Shown here one piece after another: positions 35,241 through 54,392 of a stretch of 64,000 nucleotides of DNA. The stretch is from the human T2T-CHM13v2.0 reference genome, Homo sapiens. The stretch is taken from the NCBI RefSeq assembly GCF_009914755.1, contig NC_060933.1. The stretch is one strand, 5' to 3'. The position numbers were made by a program, and so were the translations under genes. The first letter of the stretch is position 1, and every line of letters starts with the position of its first letter. The notes below the pieces were generated by a model. The model was not told where the DNA came from. It saw only the letters and a program-made list of their open reading frames with translations, and ran no database searches.

Positions 35241-36313
35241 TATAATAAACTGTCTCTGGTGATTATTCACCCCCTGAGCCTTAGACTCCTGTTTTCTACT
35301 GCCACGAGTTTGCCAGTCTAGTTCAGGGACGGTTGCCTATTCAGAGCAAATCAAAACCAAGCTTTTAGGGTCACTAGCTGGACTTAGAATCAAAAGAGAT
35401 ACAGAAATATCTTTATTCTATTTTTTCTGTTCTATATATTAATAAGAAAAGAATTTAAAAGGAATTAATCTTGAATAAGTTCAGGTTAGTGAAAAAGGAG
35501 AGAGTTAGCTTTGGATGAAAAGATTCTTAAGAGACATAACAAATCAAATGTATTGTGGACCTTGTTTAGATCCTGATTTAAATAAACCAATTGTGAGACA
35601 CATTTTGAGGCAGTTGGGGACGTCTGAATATGGACTGATTGGTGTTAATATTGTTAGTGTGATAATGACTTTTTGGTTATGTCCATATTTTGTGTGAATG
35701 CCGATTGCAGTATGTATAAGTAAAAAGAGGAATTTAACAAAATGAAGTATGTATAGGTGAGATGAGTGACATCTGGGATTGCTTTACAATATTTAAGCAA
35801 AGTAAAAAGACATATTTGAAGCAGCTGTGACAAAATCTTGATAACTTTTAAATCTGGGTGATGGGGGTTCATTTTATTATTTCTTTTGTTATATTTAAAA
35901 ATTTTCATAATAATTTGAAAAAGGAATTCAAGCAGACAGATTATTGGTAGCAGGAGGCTGGAGTATACTAAGCAAGAGGACAGTCACTCCAAATATCCTT
36001 CTTAACTGAGTTTGATGCCAGCAAAGCTCAACTACAAATTCAGAGGACCAGAAATGTCACTGTAAAATGCCAAAGATTGAACCAGTGAGACTGACTGGCA
36101 GCAGATGGGAACAGTCATTAAGGAACTAATTATTAAGAGGCCTGATGGCAAGCTGTGTTTGATGGGGGTGGGTGGGGACAACTGGGTTTTTAATGCTATG
36201 CCTTAAATAGTATCACTGCCTGGCTGGATTTTAGAGTAGAGTATTTTTATGTTTTTGATGTTTAACTTCTTTTTACATAATTTATACTAATAGTAATTAT
36301 TATTACGGTTAAG

Positions 36314-36519
36314 GTAACGATGCCAAGTCTGTAAGCAAGCAGTATACTTTGAAAGTAACAAAGCTAGAGCATGATGCAGAACAGGCAAAAGTCGAACTAA
36401 CTGAAACACAAAAGCAGCTACAGGAGCTGGAAAACAAAGATCTTTCTGATGTTGCAATGAAGGTAAAATTACAGAAAGAGTTTCGTAAAAAGGTGGATGC
36501 TGCAAAGCTGAGAGTTCAG
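36314..36519 (+). pseudogene. KIF27-like exon 10 (coiled coil)
   Basis: gttaag|GTAACG; GNDAKSVSKQYTLKVTKLEHDAEQAKVELTETQKQLQELENKDLSDVAMKVKLQKEFRKKVDAAKLRVQ; donor CAG|gtaatt; 206 nt. Confidence 0.92.
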
Positions 36520-37958
36520 GTAATTTTAAAAATGTAATTGAGAAAACTTATATAAGCTTTCTTGCTTCTGAGGATTCTTGTACTGAGTTAGGAAAGAAGT
36601 GGGATTCAGTTTATACCAGCAAGAGAAACTGGGTGTTAACTTTTCTTTTGTAGTGTGCTGGTCGATTTACATATTTTACAATCTGGGTAGTATATTTCTT
36701 AATTCGAGAAGTATATTCTTTCAATCATATCAAAAAACCACATGGTAAGAAATAAACATAACCACAAAACAGTGTTTTTTTCTGAAGGACAAAGGATTAA
36801 ATAATGGTTAAATAATACAAATAAAACAGCTGGTACATATATGACACTTTGTAGACACTCAACAAATGGGAACTATTTCGAGATATGGTTTTCCCAAACC
36901 ATAACTGATTGGCTTAAGAAAGGTTAATAACTTTGTGTACTGCAATTCATCCTTAACTTCCTAATGCCTGGTTTTAGCTTTAACTTTAGAAATAGCTACA
37001 GTTAAAAATTCTATTCTATGAGAAATATTCCATCACATAGAGATTTTGTGTGATGAAGCCATTTCCAGGTGCTTTGGAGATAGTCACAGTGCTTTGTTAG
37101 TCTGATCATAATGAGCTTTCTAGGATGTGTCCTCTATTTCTTTATCTCTCATGGTCTACTGTTTTCTTTCATGTTATAGAAGCATTTTTATATTTTTCCA
37201 TTATAGGTAGAGTTGTAATTAACCTATTCACAGCATTATTATTATTATTATTGAACTATGCCACAGTTATTTGCTTTCAACAAAATAGATGTTTACAATA
37301 TACCTCTGGTGTGCCCGGTATATTGTAATATACCAGTATATTCTGGTGTGACAGGCCAGAAAAGTCCCTCCTGGGGTTTCTGATGCCACCTCAAACATCT
37401 GGATATTTCCACTAAAAGTTGTTACCTAAATAGCTTCTCAAGTCAACATCAAGTTAAAATAATATGGCTTGAATGTTTGAACTGCTTAAAGGAGGACATA
37501 GGGTGGTTATCTATGTTACACCTTCCATTTTCCTTCAGCATAGTTATTTCCACTTTGGAATTCACCTTTCCATGCTTTGCTTCCTGCTGTATATCCTTTT
37601 CTGCTAAGAGTACTGATAAGGAAAGAAAATGAAAGGTGTAGAACTTTACCTCAAAAGAAACATCTGATACAGCAGAGGACAGAAAGAAGACATAGTTTTA
37701 GAAATTTTGTACCTTTGACATATCCATGCGCTACTCATGGAGATAAGGATGATAAGGAGGATGAGGAGGACAGTAGTTACCATTTGTTGAGGGCCTATGC
37801 ATACCAAATGGTTTATACGCATTATTTAATCCTTTGAAGTGGGCATTTTTAGCCATTTTACAAATGTGGAAAGAAAGGTTTAGAAAGGTAAAATAACTCA
37901 GTCAGAGTCCCAGAGTGGTGATGACAATACCGGTTTTCAGTTCTCTAACATATCATAC

Positions 37959-38248
<290 letters not shown>

Positions 38249-38269
38249 ATATCATGCTGTTTTAAAATA

Positions 38270-38850
38270 TTGAAATACTAGTATTATTATTGGTATAAAA
38301 CAGTTATTTCAATTTTTAAAACAAAACATTTTTAAATTAAAAACTTCTAAAACCTATATTTTTAATGTCTTTAAGTATATGTAGAGCGTTACATGCTTCA
38401 TTAATAGTTTAATGCTGACAGATGCACTTTTGAGCAACTATGAAATAAGTGCAAAAGACAATGGCAACAGTATCTCACTCTTAAGACTTTTAGGATGTAC
38501 ACTGATATTTTTAATATTATGTGAAAAAGACACTAAAATGCTGGTATTAGCATTTTTGCTGCAGTATTGTAATTACTGTCAATTGTAAGTGGCAAAGCCA
38601 GTGTCCAAATTTAGGTACTGGAAACGGCAAAGGCCTGTGGCCTCCAAGCCAGTGGTACCCAAAGTAGTCCATCTGCCGATTGTTCTTGTTCTGTGATGAG
38701 ATAAAGGTCAGTCATTGCACAGCTTCCTTGATCAAAAAAGTCTCGCATGAAAACGTCAACCGAATCTAACAGTATGCTGAGGAGTGCAAATTGACAACAA
38801 TGTCTGTGAACTAGCACTGGTCCACAGATCACATTTTGAGTAGCACTGCT
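38270..38850. mobile_element. Probable hAT-Charlie remnant
   Basis: Terminus ggtccacagatcacattttgagtagcactg; degenerate internal sequence. Confidence 0.4.
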
Positions 38851-39817
38851 CTAAGCAGCAGTGCCTCTTGGATACTTAGTTTAATTAAAACAAAACTTGC
38901 CTATGCTAACACTTTATTGCCAAAATAAAGGAAATAATTGTGGTCTGCCTAATTTATGAATGACATCCCTTTACCTTTTTTATGCCACCTAATTGGTACT
39001 TAGTGCAATGCTAATCACATTATACAAGTTTAATATATGTTTGTTTGGTCAGGACTAAATTGTAACACAAGTATTTTATATTAGTGGTGTGAACACTTTG
39101 AAAGTCTAATGCTATCTGTACGTAATTTTAGTTAGATGAGAAGGAATTTAAGATAAATGTTAAAATAGTAATTATAATGGTTGGTCACTCTCAGGGAAGA
39201 TGTTATCAGCTCTGATCATCCTAACTCAGGGATTAACGATTTAGGCTATAGCTGTAGCTATAAAAACAAGAGCACAGTAGAATGCTGTGCAGCCACCTGG
39301 AACAAATCTATATGAAAAGACCTCTGAGATAAGTAGGAAAAAAGGGAGACAGTAGTCTATATAGAATACATATGCAGCTGTTTGCATGCATATGCATACA
39401 TTTTTTTCTGGAAGAATATTTAAGAAATTGATAATTTTGTGTTGGGAAGCAGGACAGGTAGATTGGGGTATATGATAAGAGTGACTCTTAAAATATAAAT
39501 TCAGCTTTATACTGTTTTAACTATTTTTTAAATTAAAATACTTATTAATGAAAAGCAAATCATCTGTTTCATTTTGTTGTCCACATCAGGAAGTCTCATG
39601 ATTCTTTATACTTTTACATATGTGATGCAAATTATGATGGTTTCCCTAATTGCAAAAATGGAAATGTATGATAGTAAGCAATTGTTTGTGAACCTGTCAA
39701 AAATAAATGAAAATCTAGGGAAAATTTCTTCTTTTACCATCAAATGAAAAGATTAAGTTTAGTTGAGGATTGTGAGAGATTCAGTTTTTCATTTTGAAAT
39801 ATTCCATATGATCTCAG

Positions 39818-40015
39818 GTCTTACAGAAGAAGCAACAAGATAGTAAGAAACTGGCATCACTGTCAATCCAAAATGAGAAACGTGCTAATGAACTAGAGCA
39901 GAGTGTAGATCACATGAAATATCAAAAGATACAGCTACAAAGAAAACTACAAGAAGAAAATGAAAAAAGGAAGCAACTGGATGCAGTAATTAAGCGGGAC
40001 CAGCAAAAAATCAAA
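39818..40015 (+). pseudogene. KIF27-like exon 11 (coiled coil), last recognisable exon
   Basis: atctcag|GTCTTA; VLQKKQQDSKKLASLSIQNEKRANELEQSVDHMKYQKIQLQRKLQEENEKRKQLDAVIKRDQQKIK; weak donor AAA|gtaata; read-through gives VILSYIPAKYNMKC* (TAA 40058-40060). Confidence 0.9.
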
Positions 40016-40489
40016 GTAATATTGTCATACATTCCTGCTAAGTATAATATGAAATGTTAAACGGCTCAGAGCTAACGAATCCATGGTCTTCATTCAGTTG
40101 GCTTGTGAAGTATCTATCCTTGACTTGCCCTTCACTGCTGTCCTTATTCACTTTAAAGCTTTGTTCATCTACATAGTAAAACCTATTTATTGAATTTTGA
40201 GTACTGTCTTGAAGGCTTTGACTTCACAAAAGAAGGTACAATGATAATTTCTCTTAGGAGGATCCTAACTTTAATTGAAGCTGCCAAAAACATGCATTTA
40301 TAAAGCCAGCTTTCTAAATAATACCTATCATTTGAATAGGATTTTCTGTTTTCAAAGTGCTTTGACATGCATTGTCCATGTGGCTACACGGAAAAAGTAC
40401 CAGGTAAAGTGGTACCATTTCATTCACAGTGAGCAGAAAAATGATCAGACCTGTATGCACAGCAGTTCTAGAATAGATTGGGCTGGGGA

Positions 40490-40750
40490 AGAACTTAGTG
40501 GTGTCAGCCTAGGCTCTTTGACCAGGCTATCATCGGTTCAAATCCTAGCTCACTCAGTTGCTGGCTGAGAGATTTATTGAGAAAATAAATTTTCTCAAAT
40601 TTCTCAAAAATTTTACCCTCTCTGAGTCTGTTTATTCTCATCTAAAATGGCCTTAATCCTACTTGTCCCACAGGGCTTTTTTGAAAAAGATGATGATGAT
40701 CATAATAACAGACGCTTATCTAGTACTATGTGCCAGGCTCTGTTCCGTTG
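40490..40750 (+). mobile_element. MIR-like remnant
   Basis: ggttcaaatcctagctc...ctctctgagtctgtttattctcatctaaaatgg core. Confidence 0.55.
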
Positions 40751-41107
40751 AAATGTTAAGCTGAACCCAAGGCATGGGACATAATTGGAGATTTCCTAGA
40801 TATTTTAAAAATTAAGATTTTATTTTTTTAGAGCCGTTTTAGGTTCACAGCAAAATTGAAAGGAAGGTGCAGAGATATGCCATATACTCCCTGTCCCTGC
40901 ACATGTTTAGCCTCTCCTGTTATCAGTATGCCCCAGATTTCCTAGATTTTCAACAATGGATATAACCTATTTTCCGACCTTAAAAAAAAAATCACAGAAT
41001 TCAGCAATGGAAGGGAACTTAAAGAGCAATTAAACCAAGTTACTCATTATTTATTATTAATTTTTAAGTTGTGGTAAAATATATATAACATAAAATTTAC
41101 CATTTTA

Positions 41108-41415
<308 letters not shown>

Positions 41416-42112
41416 CATTTTAACTGTTTTTTAAGTGTATAATTCAGTGGCATTAATTACATTCACAATCTTGTGCAACCATCACCACTATCTATTTCCA
41501 AAACATTTTCATCACTCCAGACAGACACACTGTAATATTATGGAATAGCTCCTCATTTTCCCCTTCCCCCAGCTCTTGGTAATCTCTAATCTACTTTCTC
41601 TATGAATTTGCTTATTCTAGATACTTCATATAAGTAGAATTATACAATATTTTACCTTCTGTGTCAGCCTTATTTCATTTAGCATAATATTTTCAAGGTT
41701 TGTCTACATTGCAGCATGTACAAGAACTTCATTCCCTTTTATTGCCAAGTAATATTCCATTGTATGGATATGCCACAGTTCTTTATCCATTCATCCATCA
41801 ATGGACACTTGAGTTGTTTCTAGCATTTGGCTATTGTGAATAATGCTGCAGTGAACACTGGCATACAAATAAGTCTCTGTTTTCAATTCCTTTGGGTATG
41901 TACCTAGGAGTATGTACCTAGGAGTAGAATTTCTGGGTTATATGGTAAATCTGTGCTTAGCTTTCTGAGAAACCACTGTTCTCCATAGCAGCAGCATCAT
42001 TTTACATTTCCACCAGCAATGTGTGAATGTTCTAATTTCTCCACACTTTTGTCAACACCTGTTTCTTTCCTTTTTTTTTATTATAGTCATCCGAGTAGGT
42101 ATGAAGTTGTAT

Positions 42113-42115
<3 letters not shown>

Positions 42116-42147
<32 letters not shown>

Positions 42148-42341
42148 AGACAGAGTGTCTGTTGCCCAGGCTGGAGTGCAGTGGCATGATCTCGGCTCAC
42201 TGAAAGCTCCGCCTTCCAGGTTCACACCATTCTCCTGCCTCAGCTTCCCGAGTAGCTGGGACTACAGGCACCCGCCACCACGCCCGGCTAATTTTTTGTA
42301 TTTTTAGTAGAGACAGGTTTTCACTGTGTTAGCCAGGATGG
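42116..42341 (-). mobile_element. 5'-truncated AluY with 15-nt TSD
   Basis: TSD ATGAAGTTGTATCTC at 42101-42115 and 42342-42356. Confidence 0.9.
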
Positions 42342-42772
42342 ATGAAGTTGTATCTCATTGTGGTTTTGGTTTGCATTTCCCTAATGACTAATGATGTTGA
42401 GCATCTTTTCATGTGCTTATTGGCTGTTCATAAATCTTCTTTGGAGAAATGTCTATTCAGGTTCTTTGTCCACATTTTAATTTGGTTCTTTGTCTTTGTT
42501 GTTGAGTTGTATGAGTTCTTTATATATTCTGACATTAAATTCTATCAGATACATGATTTCCAAATACTTTTTCCTATTCTGTAGGTTTTCTTTATACTTT
42601 GATAATATCCTTTGATATGCAGAAATTTTTAGTTTTGTTGAAGTCCAATTTATTTTTTTCTTTTGTTGCTTGTGCTTTTTGGTGTCATGTCTAAGATCCA
42701 TTGCCTAAATCCAAGGTCATGAAGATTGATGTTTTCTGCTAAGAGTTTTATGGTTTTTGCTTTTATATTTAG

Positions 42773-45113
<2,341 letters not shown>

Positions 45114-45115
<2 letters not shown>

Positions 45116-45236
45116 AAAAGGAAGGAAGGAAAGGGAGGGAGGGAGGAAGCAGGGGGCGGGGAAGGGACGGGAGGAGGAGGGAGAGAAAGACAAAGAAAGA
45201 GAAAAAAAAAGGGAGGGAGGGAGGCAGAAAGAGAAA
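45114..45236 (+). repeat. Purine-rich (GA/GGGA) low-complexity tract
   Basis: aaggaaggaaagggagggagggaggaagcagggggcggggaagggacgggaggaggaggg. Confidence 0.85.
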
Positions 45237-45240
45237 ATGT

Positions 45241-45540
45241 GACTGGGCTCAGTGGCTCACGCCTGTAATCGTAGCACTTTGGAGGCTAAGGCAGGATGAT
45301 CCCTTGAGTCCAGGAGTCTGAGACCAGCCTAGGCAACATAGCAATACCCTGTCTCTACACAAATTTTTTAAAAAATAGCTGGGTATGGTGGCACACACCT
45401 GTAGTCCCAGCTACTCAGGAAGCTTAGGCAGGAGGATCCCTTGAGCCCAGGAGTTTGAGGCTGCAGTGAGCTATGATCACCACTGCACTCCAACCTGGAC
45501 AGTGGAATGAGACCCTGTCTCAACCAAAAATAAATAAGAA
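45241..45540 (+). mobile_element. Alu (J-like)
   Basis: Sense Alu. Confidence 0.85.
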
Positions 45541-45812
45541 AGGAAAAAAATATTTGGGTTCTACTTCTACATATAAACCAGAAATCTTATTAATCATTGC
45601 AATTCATATACATGCTTGGATATGCACAGAATATCACTGAAAGCTAAATAAGGAACCGATAATAATGGTTGCCTCTGGAGAGAACTGCGAGGCTATCTGG
45701 TGGAGGTGAGAGGGAGACTTATGTTTATTGAATACTATATCATGACTTTAGATTATGTCGTGTACATAGTACCTGCTTGATTTTTTTTTTTAATTTACTT
45801 GATTATTTTTAA

Positions 45813-46580
<768 letters not shown>

Positions 46581-46642
46581 CATGTATATAGATGAGGAAA
46601 CTGTTAAAAACCAGTCAAGAGTGGCATTACATTGTGCACTCA

Positions 46643-47020
<378 letters not shown>

Positions 47021-47263
47021 CTAGCTTATATACCAAAAATAATAACTATCTCTGAATGTGGCTAAGTGATTTTTTATTTTCTCCCTTTTACTTTTTTTTC
47101 TACATTTTTATAAGGAACATAGATCACTTTTGTAATTAGAAGGAAAGCCAGTTTAAAAGATGAAATCTTCCCATGACTTGAGCCCAGCTATCCCGATTGA
47201 TTTATTTTCCCATTTCCTTGTAGCAAAAAGAATGTTTCCAGCTGCTACATTTAAGAGAGAGCT

Positions 47264-47998
<735 letters not shown>

Positions 47999-48567
47999 TT
48001 ATCAGTTGATTGAAAACTAATTGATGTTAACTGAACTCATGAATGGCTGAATTATACCCAGATTAATAACGTATTAAAAAAAGGGATGTGCTTTTCTGGT
48101 GAACAAACAGCTCTGGCCCATCTTCAAAAGTTATTTGCTATTGCTTTATTTATTTAGCAGCGGTATGCTTTCTTCAAGCAACTGTGTTTTGTTTTGTTTT
48201 TATGGACAACCAATACATAACAGAAAACAAAGCTGCTCTGATTGAAGACAGACAACAGACCTGCCCAGCCTCAAGTTCCCCTTTCTTTCCCTTCCCCAAG
48301 ATGTTCCCTAAGAGGGCTCCTCAGAATCCCCAAGACTTCAAAGAATGCAGTTTAACACCAACTCATTTGATGGTACCAAATGGATAAGCAGAAGATTGTT
48401 TGGTGAGCATAGACCTGAAGCAAACAAAATTAGAGGAATACTAAATCCAGATTCTGGGAAATGTCTGATGAGTTTTTCTAGTTCCACAATAGTACATGCC
48501 TCTCTGAGAGATAGGAATATACATTCCTGACAGAAAGAATCACTCTGCCTTCAACAGTGCTAAACAA

Positions 48568-48758
48568 TAGTGGGCTAGTAAACCAGCTTGCTGAAAACAA
48601 ACAAAATAACCCAAAAATCCCTGGTCTACAGCAATTTGGCATTTTCTGTGGTGTAGACACTCCCACAGTGGTCTATCAGCAGAATTTAACAACAGCTTGC
48701 AAAATTCCCAAATGTTAGTTCTTGTAAACCTCTACTAGCTGACTTTTGGCACGCACTG
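48568..48758. mobile_element. MER63-like hAT-Blackjack remnant
   Basis: gctagtaaaccagctt...ttttctgtggtgtagacactcccacagtgg...ggcacgcactg. Confidence 0.5.
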
Positions 48759-49194
48759 GCAGAAAACCGCTAACTAATTCTATTATATGTGTGCTCCACA
48801 CAGAACCCAACCTGCTGTTTCTTCTTTATTTCTTCATACACTTGGGTTATAACATAGCTTATTAGGCTATAGCTTTCTTTGGGGATGTTCTTGCCTCAGT
48901 AATAAATCTGGATCAACTTTATAGGATGTAGGAGTTTCCTGAAACTCTAACAATCACATACCTACAAACCATCTCTGGATGGTTTCTGTAAAAGGCAAAT
49001 CGACTTGTCATGTGTTAATTGTTACTGGCTTTGCTCAGAGAGCAGCCAGATAACAAAAGCCCCATTATTTATTGACAGCAGCGATTTCTGACAAATTTTA
49101 GACATCCCTTCGGCCTTGTGATTATTTCATACCTAAATGTCTTTTCTTCCCTTATGAATCATGCTGCTGTTTCTTCCTGGAGGCCAGATGGGCA

Positions 49195-49496
<302 letters not shown>

Positions 49497-50862
49497 GACA
49501 ATTTTTAATAAATGTTTTGTTCACATGGCTCTGGAAGAATTGGACCTGGACAAATAATTGGGTTAGTCTAGTTTTACTGTTTTTCATTCAGTGCCTTAGT
49601 TTATACTGAAGACCTAGATGACAATTTCTGTTTTCCATAATAAAGTAGCTCCTGGTTCAGTTTTGTAAAGAGTTGTGTAAGATCAATTAACATTTTGTGC
49701 AGAATCACAGACACTGTAAAATATTTCTGCTTATCTTCTAGGCAATGCTAGCTAGCACTAGTGACTGATATGCTTTAAAAAACAAAACAAAACAAAAAAA
49801 CCTTAACTGCCTCCCAAAATATCTTCACTACAGTTATATCAAGTTGCCTAAAATTCTCAGCCTAGCAGTCTCTTGTTTGAGGTAAATTACAATTCTCTGG
49901 GAGACTTTATAGCTGTGAAATATTTAACCTATGAGGGAAATACCTTTGCAGCTAGAAATACAATTTTCAGGTATTTGTGGATTCAATGAAAAAGAAATAA
50001 GCCACAAAGGAGAGATTATCATGAAGGAATGGTTTAGAGTTTGAAAGAATGATGTGTTCAGACTCTGGGCTGAATGAGGCACAGAGAGGCAACAAGCTTT
50101 GAAAGTAACAGAAGCAGTAATGGGAGGTGAGGGAGTGGAAGACAGATTTTAATTCTGTGACTTTTTTCCTACTGCTGGCTTTCGTTCTAGCACATACATG
50201 ATTCTGGAAAATAAAGCATAGTGTTCTCTTTTCTAACTAAAGTGCTTTCATTTCTATTGGTATGGCAGCTGAAACTGAAAAGTGGATGACACCACTGTGA
50301 AAACCTACCAGCCCAGTACAGAGCCCTTTCTTCTATGAATTAGCAGCAATCATGAGTATTAGTCAACCTAGCACTCCTGGAAAGTCACCGGCATGTAATT
50401 GGATCAGGTGTCACCAATGATTACAGGAAGATGAAAGGTGATAGTAGCAAAATGAAAAAGAAATTTGACCTGAGGCATGCAGCCTGAAGCAAGTGGAAAG
50501 CCAAATCATATGTGTGGAATTGACTCTTCCAGTTAGCTCTCCAGAAAACTCCCTTATTGCCAGGAAGGCTTTAATTTGATTAGCAAAGGGCTGCAGGAAA
50601 AGGGCATGTGAAACCTTGAGGCTGGCTAGCTATCCTTAGCTCCAAACCAAATTAATTTTGGGAGATTTATCATAATTCCCTTGCTGCAGCACCTAAGCCC
50701 ATCCTGAGTAAGCTTCCTGAAACTCAAAAGAATGCTGTGCCCTGGACCCTGTGTTTCTGCATGTAACTCTGGGTTCACTTCACTGCTGCCGCCTGTATCC
50801 CTGCCTCCCCAGCTTCCCACTGCCTGTCTACTTCACATCCTTATTGCACAGACACAATCTAG

Positions 50863-51156
<294 letters not shown>

Positions 51157-51900
51157 TCTAGTCTGTCTTTTGCATTCCTCCCTAAGCACTCCTCTCCCTG
51201 CATTGGCTTAGCACATCATTCCCAACAACTCTCAAATTCTACCCTCCATGGTTTAATTGACCACTGTGAGAGCATCCCCCACCAATTCCCTACGTGACTG
51301 CTGGACGACCCTCATAGAGCCTGTCAGCATTGTGGGCAAGACCCTGGGGAAGTTTCTCATTTTACATATGAATAAACTAGATGCAGAGATGTTAAGTAAC
51401 CTATTCACAGTCACAGAGCTGAAAAGAACAATAATAATAATAATTGCTATTATTTATTACCATTTGCTGAAACTGTGCTGAACAATTTACATACATTTTC
51501 TTAGAATGAGAAACCTAAGGTCAGTTCTGGCTTTCGAGTGCCACCCCAAAATATGCTGCTTCAGCTTCAGTATGCTAATTAGTTAGAACTGAGGGCTTTG
51601 AAGGAAGAATAGGAAGTTACGAAGAGGGAAGAAGGAAATGGGAGTGGATAAATGGAATGGAGGGCTTTGCAGCCAAAAGGAAGAAAATGAAAAAAGGATC
51701 AGAGAGTTGGGACAAAGAGCTTTCTGAAGGACTTTACAGTAATAAAGAGGTGCCATCTCTAGATGGAGTTAGTGGGGAGAAACCCAGATTCAGTATATGC
51801 CCTTGGGTAGGTCTTGTCACCTCTAAGGACTTTAGGTCTCTCTTTTGTAAAACAAAAGATCTGAAAAATAAACAGAAGGGCTGGACTAAACAATCTCTAA

Positions 51901-53017
<1,117 letters not shown>

Positions 53018-54056
53018 CTTCTAAGGTAGTATTTTTAAGCAGATGGGCCAAGAAACATTAATGTAACAGGAATGGCTTATGGGTAGGCTGCCAGTCATCT
53101 GGATGCCCCTGTCTGACATCGGTGTCTGTGCTCATTCTGATTGGTAGGTGCCTGTGCAGTAAAAGTTGTTAGTAATGTATTTGCTCTGGCTATAGATATG
53201 CAGAAGTATTGAGCCCTCAGCCCTCAGGGCAGCTGGAGGTCCTGAGCCTGCCATTTCTAATCACAAACCACCCTATTCATTTTTCATGATATGAAGACAA
53301 ATATTAACTTTTATGAGAAACAATAACATCTCTTTCAGAGCTAACATTCTGTTAATCTGTAAGAGTATCATTTGCATTCTCTAGAGGGAGAGGTTTCATA
53401 ACCCTCAGATAATATATGTGGGAGGCCATGGAAAAAACAAATAGGGAGCTCTCTTTGGAGAGTCTCAGGCAGAAAAGATGCTTATAGCAAAGGTAGAGAA
53501 TTGGCAGGTAGCTGTACGAAGATTTCGCTTTTGGAGATGCATTAATTATTTTGCACTCGAATCACAATAATCATAAAGAGATAGTTCCTCCTAAAGATCT
53601 GGTAGAAGGTATAAGGTTTAGTAAATGGTGAATGAATGAATGAATGACCTATACTAAGTGTCTTTGTGCACCTAGAATTATGCCTGTAACCACACAGTTC
53701 CCTTGATATGTCTTCAGCTGGCCATTTATGTACATCTGTTGCCTCCACTAGACTCTGAGGGCTGCTTGATCAAGGACACACAGTCTATAGTACTTCGTTT
53801 TAGCAGCCCAAAGTGACTAAAACATGCCCCATGAGGGCAGAGACCTTATTGTCTCAATTACCACCGTATAACCACTATGTTGAAATAGTCACATAGTACC
53901 TTGCACACAGTAAGTGCTCAATTAATATTTGTTGACTTAAATAATTCAGTTCCATCTTTAAGTAGAATAGTGTAAAATACACTAAGAAAGACAATATTAA
54001 TGTTGAAAATAGAATGTAAATAAGGTGAGCTGTATTTTTTGAGGTCCAGGCAATAA

Positions 54057-54392
<336 letters not shown>

